Assembly: GCF_025352015.1 (NCBI RefSeq)
Contig: NZ_JANXUG010000101.1
Coordinates: 13,800 to 77,799 of the forward strand
Direction of reading: 5' to 3'
Source: Flavobacterium sp.
GTDB taxonomy: Bacteria > Bacteroidota > Bacteroidia > Flavobacteriales > Flavobacteriaceae
DNA: 64,000 nt
The notes beneath the pieces were generated by a model. It ran no database searches and had not been told where the DNA came from. It was given only the letters and a program-made list of their open reading frames with translations. The translations under genes were made by a program, and so were the position numbers. Positions 54,469 through 63,202 of this stretch are shown here, in pieces. Positions within the stretch are counted from its first letter, which is position 1, and every line of letters starts with the position of its first letter.

Positions 54469-55587
54469 CTAAGGATAAACTTCATAGTTATTTTTAGATT
54501 TTTTTAAATCGGTTTTTAGTTTGTCCAAGTTCGAGGTGTTATTCAAAACCGAATTTGATTTCAACATTTTTATGAGAATTTTTAAATAGGTAACTTCACT
54601 GCCGTGAAAACCATCTATAAGTTCGTTATCATCAGAATTAATTGATTTTAAATACCTAAAATCATAGCATTCGGCATAGTTTTTTTTAAAAATGGGAACA
54701 CAACTTGAATACAAAAGATCCATATATTGGTAGTGATTAGATTGCAAAAGCGACTTGTTTACTTCGTTGCCAAATGGAGGAATAAAAGCAATGATTTTTA
54801 TATTTTGTTCTGCACAGTATTGCAATAATTCATCAAGTTTTTTTAATGCTTTTGGATTAATGGTTTTACCAAATTTAAACAGGTTATTTCCGCTTGCAAT
54901 CCGATGCAAGGTTCCTTTAAAATTATAATCATTTGCTGTTTTGTCTTTTGAAAGTAGTTTTCTTAACTGACCACCATAACGCATACTTCCATCATTTCGA
55001 AAACCTGTATTGTTAAAATTGGCATTTAACCCAATTTTTTTGACATCTTTATCTTCGGCGACTTGAAAACTATATTTGAGGGTAAATAAGTCTTTCCAAA
55101 CGCTAACGATGGTAGTTAAATTAGCATTTTTTTGAAACGATTTTGACCAATTACTGTTGTCATAACTCGTGTTGAGTTTGTCCCACGAGGCATTAAACAT
55201 CCACGGGTCTAAATTGATAATGAGATAATCGGGACGCTTTTCTTTTGGGACACTATTTATGAAAGGAACAAATTGACCGATACTCGAAATAGTATAGCCT
55301 GCATTGTAAAAAGATTTGTCAAACATTTGACTTCGAAATTGCAAAACTCTTGAGGAACCCAATGCCCATACTTGGTATTTGTCCTGACTTATTATAGTTT
55401 TCCATTTCAAATAATTGTAATTTTTCTCGTTGTAAAGGTAACCAATCAAGTAGTTTTCTTTTTTTTGGATAATATTGTCTATCGATGTAAAGTTTTCACC
55501 TGTAGGTTTTAAAATATAGATAGGAGGTAGGACCATCAACAATAATGGTACTAGAAACAAGGCTATATGGAAGCAAAATTTTTTCAT
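54469..55587 (-). CDS. Membrane-anchored SGNH-like protein (DltD/AlgJ/DUF1574-like); probable periplasmic partner of the MBOAT
   Basis: N-terminal TM anchor, LGSSR (block I Ser) and C-terminal DGFH (DxxH). Its ATG directly follows the MBOAT stop codon. Confidence 0.65.
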   Translation of the reverse strand: MKKFCFHIALFLVPLLLMVLPPIYILKPTGENFTSIDNIIQKKENYLIGYLYNEKNYNYLKWKTIISQDKYQVWALGSSRVLQFRSQMFDKSFYNAGYTISSIGQFVPFINSVPKEKRPDYLIINLDPWMFNASWDKLNTSYDNSNWSKSFQKNANLTTIVSVWKDLFTLKYSFQVAEDKDVKKIGLNANFNNTGFRNDGSMRYGGQLRKLLSKDKTANDYNFKGTLHRIASGNNLFKFGKTINPKALKKLDELLQYCAEQNIKIIAFIPPFGNEVNKSLLQSNHYQYMDLLYSSCVPIFKKNYAECYDFRYLKSINSDDNELIDGFHGSEVTYLKILIKMLKSNSVLNNTSNLDKLKTDLKKSKNNYEVYP

Positions 55588-57024
55588 TTAAAATTGAAAA
55601 TAAATAAATTGCTGCTCATCGCCAGCGAAATATAAAGTAGTTAAAACTAACAGATAATAAAACAACCATCGCAACCCCTTCGACCATTTTGCACCCACGT
55701 TTGCAATGGCAAATTGTTCTTCGCGTCCTAGCCATTCTATCGTCATGAAAATCAAAATTAATAAAAATATTTTGGTGGGTCTTACGGTTGGCACTGTAAA
55801 AAGTGACTTTGAAAACACTTCTGAAGCATAACTAATAGCACTTTTTATAGATGTACTTCTAAATAAAATCCATGCAAAAAGTGTTAATATGAAGGTTAAG
55901 ATAATTGACAAAAATTCTTTTAAGGTTGGTAAAAATTTGCCTGCCGCAACTATTTCGGTAGTTTTTTTGCCAGAAGTAAACAAAATAGTTGGCAACACAT
56001 AAAGCCCGTTTAGTAATCCCCAAATAATGTATGTCCAGTTGGCGCCATGCCACAACCCACTGACTAAAAAAATGAACATTACGTTGCGCACTTTTACCCA
56101 TTTCCCGCCTTTGCTTCCGCCTAAAGGCAAGTAAATATAATCTCTAAACCATGTTGTGAGTGATATGTGCCAGCGTCGCCAAAACTCTGCAATGTTTCTT
56201 GAAAAATAGGGGAAAGCAAAATTGCGTAACAAGTCAATACCAAATAATCGAGCTGTTCCAATTGCAATATCAGCATACCCTGAAAAATCACAATAAATTT
56301 GAAACGAAAAAAACACCAATCCCAAAACTAATGTACTTCCTGAATACTCTGCATGGTTAATGAAAATCATGTTGGCATAATGGGCGCATTGATCAGCAAT
56401 GACTATTTTTTTAAAAAGTCCCCATAAAATTTGTCGCATACCGCCGACTGCTTTACAATAATCAAAAATTCTTTTTTCTTTTATTTGAGGTAACAAATGC
56501 GTGGCTCTTTCTATAGGTCCAGCTACCAAAAGTGGAAAAAAACTTACAAAGACTGCGTAGTCTATCACGTTTTTTTCGGGCTTGATTCGGTTGTTATAAA
56601 TATCAATCACATACGATAACCCGTGAAAAGTGTAGAATGAAATCCCCACCGGAAGAATCACGTGTAATACATAGGGATTTGTATTGATTCCAACAATAGC
56701 AATAGCATTGGCAAATGATGTAATAAAAAAGTCATAATATTTAAAAACAGCTAGAAATCCTAGATTAACTGTTATACTAAACCAAAACCAAAATTTTTTA
56801 TATTTTTTATTCGAGGTTTTCGCTATTTGTATGGCTGTGAAGTAGTCCAATACGGTGGAAAATATCAATAAAAATAAGAATCGCCAATCCCAGCAAGAGT
56901 AAAAAAAGTAGCTTGAGATTAAGAGTAAAATATTTTGAAAACGAAGATTTTGTTTAGCTAAAAGCCAGTACAATGTAAACACTATTGGCAAAAATATCGC
57001 AAAATTAATAGAGTTAAAAAGCAT
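55588..57024 (-). CDS. MBOAT-family O-acyltransferase (AlgI/DltB/PatA-like)
   Basis: MLFNS, LPVGISFYTF, FFPLLVAGPIER, DFSGYADIAIG, NFAFPYFS..IAEFWRRWHISL and SGLWHGA (catalytic His). Confidence 0.95.
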   Translation of the reverse strand: MLFNSINFAIFLPIVFTLYWLLAKQNLRFQNILLLISSYFFYSCWDWRFLFLLIFSTVLDYFTAIQIAKTSNKKYKKFWFWFSITVNLGFLAVFKYYDFFITSFANAIAIVGINTNPYVLHVILPVGISFYTFHGLSYVIDIYNNRIKPEKNVIDYAVFVSFFPLLVAGPIERATHLLPQIKEKRIFDYCKAVGGMRQILWGLFKKIVIADQCAHYANMIFINHAEYSGSTLVLGLVFFSFQIYCDFSGYADIAIGTARLFGIDLLRNFAFPYFSRNIAEFWRRWHISLTTWFRDYIYLPLGGSKGGKWVKVRNVMFIFLVSGLWHGANWTYIIWGLLNGLYVLPTILFTSGKKTTEIVAAGKFLPTLKEFLSIILTFILTLFAWILFRSTSIKSAISYASEVFSKSLFTVPTVRPTKIFLLILIFMTIEWLGREEQFAIANVGAKWSKGLRWLFYYLLVLTTLYFAGDEQQFIYFQF

Positions 57025-57351
57025 TGGCGATAGCTTTTATAATTTTATTTGTAAAAAACGAATATACATAAAACGTTTAAGATTATATCTTTCTCATAAT
57101 AATAACTGGGAGCCAAAGAACTCTTTAGGTAGTAAAAACCAACTTATTTACCGAATACTCTTTATTTTTTGACGTGCTAAATATGCAAAATAACAGGTTA
57201 TTTTAGAGATTCTATTTTTCGGACAGGTTCTATATCGATAAAGATTAATTGTATTGAAAGTCAAAGTATTTACTTAAAATATTTAAACCTTCTGAAACTA
57301 ATTATTTGTTACAAAAGAGCTAGATAATGTATTGGTTAAAATCCTATTTTT

Positions 57352-58317
57352 CTAAAAGTGTTGTACAATTAGTAAATATAAAGGCATACCAATTGTAATA
57401 TTTATGGGAAAAGTTACCGTAAGTGCCATTGGTAAATATAACCCAGGATTAGCTTTTGGCACAGTTATTTTCATGGCAGCTGGCACAGCAATATAGGAAG
57501 CACTGGCAGCTAAAACAGCAAAAATGAATCTATTAGTAATGTCACTCGTGACAATAGAGCTTAACAAAGCAACTACACATCCATTTAACAATGGAATTAG
57601 TATTGCAAAAACAAATGGAAAAATTCCAAACGAAAAGAATGCTTTAAGTTTTTTACCACTGGTTATACCCATATCTAAAAGGAATATCGCGAGAAAACCT
57701 TTAAACAAATCGTTTGTAAATGGTTTAATTCCTTCTGCTTGTTTTGCATTAGCCACAAATCCGATAAGTAAACTTCCCAAAATTAAAAGCACGCTGCCGT
57801 TAGTTAATGAGTGTTTTATTACTGAAGGAATTTTAATTTTATGGGTTGTTTCTTCCTTATTATAAATAGAAATTAAGACTAAACCAATGATGATTGCAGG
57901 CGACTCCATTAAAGCCATTATGGCTACCATGTGACCATGAAGACTTAATTGTTGCGATTCTAAATACGAAACTGCAGTTACAAAAGTTACCGCACTTACC
58001 GATCCATATGCTGCTGCTATTGCGCCAGCGTCAAAAATAGTAAGCTTCCGTTTTAGAATAAAAAAAGTATATAAAGGAATTAGTGCTGAAAGGGCTACAC
58101 CAAAAAGCATAGACCATCCAATTTCACTTGTAAATGTTTCGTGAGATAGTTCCTGTCCACCTTTAAAACCAATTGAGAATAGCAAATAAAGGGAAATAAA
58201 TTTTGATGAATTGGGTGGTATTTCAAGATCGCTCTTTAAATAGACTGCTATTAAGCCAAGAACAAAGAATAATAATGCCGGGTTGGTTAAATTTTCGAGG
58301 AGTAAATTAAAGTTCAT
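57352..58317 (-). CDS. SbtA-like sodium-dependent bicarbonate transport family permease
   Basis: SDLEIP, YLLFSIGFKGG, YGSVSAVTF, MESPAII, FLLDMG, SASYIAVPAA and TFPINITIGMPLY. Confidence 0.9.
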   Translation of the reverse strand: MNFNLLLENLTNPALLFFVLGLIAVYLKSDLEIPPNSSKFISLYLLFSIGFKGGQELSHETFTSEIGWSMLFGVALSALIPLYTFFILKRKLTIFDAGAIAAAYGSVSAVTFVTAVSYLESQQLSLHGHMVAIMALMESPAIIIGLVLISIYNKEETTHKIKIPSVIKHSLTNGSVLLILGSLLIGFVANAKQAEGIKPFTNDLFKGFLAIFLLDMGITSGKKLKAFFSFGIFPFVFAILIPLLNGCVVALLSSIVTSDITNRFIFAVLAASASYIAVPAAMKITVPKANPGLYLPMALTVTFPINITIGMPLYLLIVQHF

Positions 58318-58356
58318 TTTTATATTTTAAATGGTAAAATCTTTATCTGAAAAGAA

Positions 58357-59112
58357 TTAGTTAATAAACTCGAGTTTGCCAGTTCGCAGCGTATAAAAAG
58401 CCCCAACTATTTTAATCTCACCTTTGTTTTCCATATCTCTTAAAATTTCACTTTTGGCTCGTATTTGAGAAATGGTATACTTGATATTATTTACTGACAC
58501 TAATTTCACATAAGCTTCATTTTTTGACGATTTCTCTCCTTCAAAATTTTGACTCATAGCCACAGCAGGCTTTATATTTGCTAACATAGCAGTGATATTT
58601 CCTAAATGTACATCATCAACTGCGCCTTTAACGGCACCACAATGCTGATGGCCCATCACAATAATGAGTTTTGCTCCAGCTACTTTGCATGCAAATTCCA
58701 TACTTCCCAATAAGTCAGTATTAACAAAATTACCGGCAACTCTACCAACAAAAACATCACCAATACCTTGATCGAAGACATCTTCAACAGGTACTCTACT
58801 ATCCAAACAACTTAAAACCATTGCTTTAGGAAACTGTCCATTTGTGGCAATTTTTCTAATTTCTTCTGAATGCTCTCGTTGGGTTAAATTGCCGCTATTA
58901 AAACGATTGTTACCTTCTTTAAATTCACGTAGAACTTGGTCCGGAGTTAAGGCATCTTGCTCGGCTTTTGTTGTAACATGATTATGTTTAAAAGCTATTT
59001 CAGGAGTCTTCATGTCCTTTTTAACATGTTCATTTGTAATGCCAGATTTACAGCTAACAAGTAACTGTAGTGTTACAATAATAACAATTGAAATAAAAAA
59101 ATTCTTTTTCAT
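58357..59112 (-). CDS. Beta-class carbonic anhydrase, predicted lipoprotein
   Basis: Lipobox LVSC, Zn ligands CLDSR and HQHCGA, EGNNRF and RVAGN. Confidence 0.92.
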   Translation of the reverse strand: MKKNFFISIVIIVTLQLLVSCKSGITNEHVKKDMKTPEIAFKHNHVTTKAEQDALTPDQVLREFKEGNNRFNSGNLTQREHSEEIRKIATNGQFPKAMVLSCLDSRVPVEDVFDQGIGDVFVGRVAGNFVNTDLLGSMEFACKVAGAKLIIVMGHQHCGAVKGAVDDVHLGNITAMLANIKPAVAMSQNFEGEKSSKNEAYVKLVSVNNIKYTISQIRAKSEILRDMENKGEIKIVGAFYTLRTGKLEFIN

Positions 59113-59134
59113 ATTTTTTTGTTTTTTGATGCAG

Positions 59135-59142
59135 CAAAATTA
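59135..59142 (-). promoter_or_regulatory. -7 box (TAATTTTG) for the carbonic anhydrase-SbtA operon
   Basis: TAnnTTTG match on the minus strand, 22 nt before the ATG. Confidence 0.55.
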
Positions 59143-59166
59143 AAAATTTTATTCCATATATTATTA

Positions 59167-59192
59167 TTTATGTTTATAATGATAAACATAAA
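59167..59192. promoter_or_regulatory. Operator-like palindrome TTTATGTTTAT-N4-ATAAACATAAA
   Basis: Perfect 11-bp inverted repeat just upstream of the carbonic anhydrase promoter. Confidence 0.5.
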
Positions 59193-59441
59193 AAACATTT
59201 ATAATTAAAATAAAGTCAATTTTCTAAAATGATGCATTTGCCTTAACTAAATACGGTTCGTTCGTTTGAGCACCTAATAGAAATCTGGCTTGGCAAATTC
59301 TTATGTTTTTTTAGAATGGTTTAGACTATTTTTTTATACCAATAAACTGATAATTCTAGTTGATCTAGATTTTATTTATCACCATTTAATGGAAATCAAT
59401 AAAACTGCAAAACGTTTTTTTTAAGTATTTTTTTTGCTAAA

Positions 59442-60266
59442 TTATATAGCTACAATGCCTTTAATATGAGGATGCGAATCATAGTCTATCAGCGTAAAAT
59501 CTTCAAAAGTAAAATCGAAAATGTTTTTCACTTTAGGATTTAAAATCATTTTTGGCAATGGTCTTGGCTCACGTGACAATTGCAATTCTACTTGTTCAAA
59601 ATGGTTATTATAAATATGCGCATCGCCAAACGTGTGGATGAAATCACCAATTTGTAAGTCGCAAACTTGTGCAACCATCATTGTAAACAGTGCGTAAGAG
59701 GCAATGTTAAAAGGAACACCAAGAAAAATATCAGCACTTCTTTGATACAACTGACATGATAATTTTCCTTCGGTAACATAAAACTGAAAGAAGGCGTGAC
59801 AAGGTGGTAAAGCTGCCTTTCCGTTTGCAACATTTTCGGAAAATGATTTTGAGGTATTGGGCAAAACCGAGGGATTCCATGCAGAAACCAACATACGTCT
59901 GCTGTTTGGATTCTTCTTCAGCGTATCAATTAATTCAGTAATTTGGTCAATTTCTTCGCTATTCCAATTACGCCACTGATGACCGTACACGGGACCTAAA
60001 TCACCATTTTCATTGGCCCATTCGTCCCAAATTTTAACACCATTTTCTTGAAGATATTTAATGTTAGTATCACCTTTCAAGAACCAAAGCAATTCATAGA
60101 TGATAGATTTTAAATGCAGTTTTTTTGTGGTTACCATAGGGAAACCTTCATTCAAATCAAATCGCATTTGATAACCAAAAACACTTTTGGTTCCCGTTCC
60201 TGTTCTGTCTCCTTTTTGGCATCCGTTTTCTAAAACATGCCGCATTAAATCGTGATATTGTTTCAT
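59442..60266 (-). CDS. thyA: Thymidylate synthase
   Basis: [29 protein letters not shown] and [14 protein letters not shown]. Confidence 0.99.
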   Translation of the reverse strand: MKQYHDLMRHVLENGCQKGDRTGTGTKSVFGYQMRFDLNEGFPMVTTKKLHLKSIIYELLWFLKGDTNIKYLQENGVKIWDEWANENGDLGPVYGHQWRNWNSEEIDQITELIDTLKKNPNSRRMLVSAWNPSVLPNTSKSFSENVANGKAALPPCHAFFQFYVTEGKLSCQLYQRSADIFLGVPFNIASYALFTMMVAQVCDLQIGDFIHTFGDAHIYNNHFEQVELQLSREPRPLPKMILNPKVKNIFDFTFEDFTLIDYDSHPHIKGIVAI

Positions 60267-60286
60267 TTTTATGTGGATTTGGTTAT

Positions 60287-60320
60287 GCGGTTATTTGTAT
60301 TCCGATAACCAAATAACCGC
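60287..60320. repeat. Intergenic inverted repeat GCGGTTATTTG/CAAATAACCGC built from 8-nt units
   Basis: Perfect 11-bp stem with no U tract on either strand. Confidence 0.7.
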
Positions 60321-60329
60321 ACAGCCGAA

Positions 60330-60956
60330 TTAACTTTCTCGTTTTGATATTTCATCACGAATCTTCGCTGCTTTTTCATAATCTTCATCCTGAACCGATT
60401 TTTCTAAAGCTTCGTGGAGTTCCGATAAGTTCATAGTTTTATATATATTGACCGAAGTATTACCTTCGTTTTCTAATCCAAAGGTTTCAGGTTTTGAAAG
60501 TACTCCATCACCATCGGGATTTTGGTTTTCTAATTCTGTAGGATTGTTAAGGTAAATTCCTGCTTTGTCCAAAATGTTTTTATAAGTAAAAATAGGTGCC
60601 GAAAACCGTAATGCCAAAGCAATAGCATCCGAAGTTCGGGCATCAATTATTTCTTCAATTTTATCTCTTTCACATATAATACTCGAATAGAAAACACCAT
60701 CAACTAACTTATGAATGATGACTTGTTTTACCACAATGTCAAAACGATCGGCAAAGCTTTTGAACAAATCGTGCGTTAAAGGTCTTGGAGGTTTTATTTC
60801 TTTTTCTAGAGCAATAGCAATTGATTGTGCTTCAAAAGCACCAATGACTATGGGCAATTTTCGTTCGCCATCTACTTCATTTAAAATTAAAGCATACGCA
60901 CCATTTTGCGTTTGGCTATAGGATATTCCCTTAATAGTTAGTTTTACTAAACTCAT
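60330..60956 (-). CDS. Bifunctional nuclease (DUF151) with a C-terminal UVR domain
   Basis: KLPIVIGAFEAQSIA, RPLTHDL, DARTSDAIALALR and EDYEKAAKIRDEI. Confidence 0.93.
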   Translation of the reverse strand: MSLVKLTIKGISYSQTQNGAYALILNEVDGERKLPIVIGAFEAQSIAIALEKEIKPPRPLTHDLFKSFADRFDIVVKQVIIHKLVDGVFYSSIICERDKIEEIIDARTSDAIALALRFSAPIFTYKNILDKAGIYLNNPTELENQNPDGDGVLSKPETFGLENEGNTSVNIYKTMNLSELHEALEKSVQDEDYEKAAKIRDEISKRES

Positions 60957-60997
60957 TTAGATTTTAGATTTCGGATATTAGATTTTAGATTTCAGAT
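60956..60997. repeat. Degenerate heptamer tandem array, 6 units (tttagat, tttagat, ttcggat, attagat, tttagat, ttcagat)
   Basis: Exact 7-nt period that abuts the DUF151 start codon. Confidence 0.85.
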
Positions 60998-61148
60998 TTG
61001 AAATAATCTTTAAATAAGGATTATATTCATTTCAATTTGTCATTTGACTTCTCGTATTATAATTATAAGATAAAATGTACCGAAACTTTGTTCCAAAACT
61101 TCAGGACGTAAAGTAACAAAAAGTTTTTGCTTCAAAAAAAGAAAGCAC

Positions 61149-61191
61149 AAAAAAAGAGCCATCAGATTATTAGATTTCTAGTGACTCTTTT
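61149..61191 (-). terminator. Probable intrinsic terminator after etfA
   Basis: Minus-strand stem aaaagagtca/tggctctttt (G-U valid on the minus strand) with a U7 tract; the loop is long. Confidence 0.55.
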
Positions 61192-61210
61192 ATGAATTAA
61201 TAAATACGTC

Positions 61211-62179
61211 TTATGTGTTTTGAGCTTTGAAGGCAACTAATTTTTGGGTTAATCTCGGAAGTATTTCTAGAGCATCGCCTACAATACCATAATCAGCAAC
61301 TTTAAAAAATGGTGCATCAGCATCTGTATTTATAACTACTTTTATTTTAGAGGCGTTGATTCCTGCAATATGTTGAATAGCTCCCGAAATTCCTAAAGCA
61401 ATGTATAAATTAGCGGCCACAGGTTTCCCAGTTTGCCCCACGTGTTCACTGTGTGGTCTCCAACCCAAATCTGAAACGGGTTTCGAACAAGCCGTTGCAG
61501 CTCCTAGAACTGTTGCTAAATCTTCTAGAAGATGCCAGTTTTCTGGACCTTTTAAACCACGACCTCCAGAAACTACAATATCAGCATCAGCGATGGTGAC
61601 TTGTCCGGTAGTTTTTTCTACAGATTCAATTTTTACATTAAAATCAGTATCGTTTAAAGAAGGTGAAAAGGTTTCTTCTGTTAAAGTGGTCGCATTTTCA
61701 AAAACACCATAAGAGTTTTTGGCCAAGCTTAATATTTTTACATTTGTATTGATTTCCGTTGTGTTAAAGGCTTTGTTTGAAAAAGCAGTTCTTCTAACCT
61801 GAAATGGCGCAGTGCTAATAGGTAATCCAACAACATTTGAGGCAAATCCCGCATTTAAACCAATACTAACAATAGGAGCTAAATACAAACTATCTGTTGT
61901 GGAAGAAAGCAAAATTAGTTCAGCATTTTCTTTTAAGGACGCTTGCTTTATGACATCGGCAAAAGCTTTGGCGTTAAAATTTTTCAATGTATAATTGGAT
62001 ACTTTCAAGACTTTTGAAATTCCGTATTTTGATAAATCTGAAACATTATCGATGTTTATAGCAACTGCAGTTACATTGGTTCCCAATGAATCGGCTACTT
62101 TCTTGGCATAAGACGCCAGTTCATAAGCTACTTTTTTAAATTTTCCGTCTACAGATTCTGCATAAATTAATATTGACAT
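61211..62179 (-). CDS. etfA: Electron transfer flavoprotein alpha subunit
   Basis: ADIVVSGGRGL, VGQTGK, LYIALGISGAIQH and APFFKVADYG. Confidence 0.97.
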   Translation of the reverse strand: MSILIYAESVDGKFKKVAYELASYAKKVADSLGTNVTAVAINIDNVSDLSKYGISKVLKVSNYTLKNFNAKAFADVIKQASLKENAELILLSSTTDSLYLAPIVSIGLNAGFASNVVGLPISTAPFQVRRTAFSNKAFNTTEINTNVKILSLAKNSYGVFENATTLTEETFSPSLNDTDFNVKIESVEKTTGQVTIADADIVVSGGRGLKGPENWHLLEDLATVLGAATACSKPVSDLGWRPHSEHVGQTGKPVAANLYIALGISGAIQHIAGINASKIKVVINTDADAPFFKVADYGIVGDALEILPRLTQKLVAFKAQNT

Positions 62180-62244
62180 TTTTTTATAATTTAAAGATTA
62201 AATAATTGAAAAATTTAAAGATTTCAATAATTCGTAATTTGTAA

Positions 62245-62991
62245 TTAAATCACTTTTGCTTCGTTGTGTAATGCATTTATTAGTCCGTCTAAATCATCCG
62301 CCGAAAACAATTTGACAGCAGATTTTGATGCAGGTTTTTCGAATTTTACTGCTTTGGTATTGTTGTTTGCCTCAATTGGCTCAAGAACTGTAAGCGTCTT
62401 TGTTCTTGCGGTCATAATTCCTCTCATATTTGGGATACGTAAATCTTTTTCTTCCACCAATCCTTTTTGACCCCCAATTACTAATGGCAAAGAAGCCGAA
62501 ATAATTTCTTTTCCACCATCAATTTCTCGCGCTGCTCTGGCTGATGTTCCGTCTATATTGAGCTCAATGCAAGAATTAACAAAATTATAATTTAGTAATG
62601 CAGCTAACATTCCAGGAACCATACCACCGTTATAATCCAAGGATTCTTTTCCGCAGATAATTAAATCGTAGTCGCCGTTCTTTGCAACTTCTGCTAATTG
62701 TTTGGCTACAAAAAAACCGTCCGTTGGAACGGCATTAACTCTAATGGCATCGTTAGCACCAATCGCCAATGCTTTCCTCAAAGTGGCTTCGGCATCAGCA
62801 CCGCCTACATTGGCAACAGTAACAGTTGCTGCTTGTTGTTCTTGAAACCAAATAGCTTTTGTTAATCCAAATTCATCGTTAGGATTAATGACAAATTGTA
62901 CACCATTGGTATCAAATTGAGTGTCGTCGTTTACAAAATTAATTTTTGAAGTCGTATCAGGCACATGACTGATGCAAACTAATATTTTCAT
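62245..62991 (-). CDS. etfB: Electron transfer flavoprotein beta subunit
   Basis: CISHVPDT, INPNDE, LRKALAIGA, REIDGG and LRIPNMRGIM. Confidence 0.97.
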   Translation of the reverse strand: MKILVCISHVPDTTSKINFVNDDTQFDTNGVQFVINPNDEFGLTKAIWFQEQQAATVTVANVGGADAEATLRKALAIGANDAIRVNAVPTDGFFVAKQLAEVAKNGDYDLIICGKESLDYNGGMVPGMLAALLNYNFVNSCIELNIDGTSARAAREIDGGKEIISASLPLVIGGQKGLVEEKDLRIPNMRGIMTARTKTLTVLEPIEANNNTKAVKFEKPASKSAVKLFSADDLDGLINALHNEAKVI

Positions 62992-63022
62992 AAGTGTTGA
63001 GTATTTGTTGAAAATCGAAGCA

Positions 63023-63030
63023 CAAAATTA
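63023..63030 (-). promoter_or_regulatory. -7 box (TAATTTTG) for etfB
   Basis: TAnnTTTG match on the minus strand, 31 nt before the ATG. Confidence 0.55.
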
Positions 63031-63053
63031 TGATAATATTTCGAATAATGTGC

Positions 63054-63065
63054 TATGCGTGCATA
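63054..63065. promoter_or_regulatory. Operator-like palindrome TATGC-GT-GCATA next to the etfB -33 position
   Basis: Relatively GC-rich dyad in an AT-rich divergent promoter region. Confidence 0.5.
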
Positions 63066-63202
63066 ATATTTATCAATGATATATCGGTTTCGTAATATGT
63101 TAATTCTATAACATAAAAAAAGAGTTTTATAATGTATAAAAGTTGATGTTAAGTACCTTTATAAAGAAGATTCTACTAAAACATCTTTTAAATAAAGTCA
63201 CT

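Noticed and set aside
57025-57351. Hidden sbtB/PII-like gene downstream of sbtA
   Set aside because: I found no open frame of suitable length or with PII motifs on inspection, and the ORF track shows none.
59236-59298. SAM-II riboswitch or tRNA fragment (GGTTCG)
   Set aside because: It has no 3' GCUAAA pseudoknot strand and no cloverleaf, and the downstream genes are unrelated to SAM.
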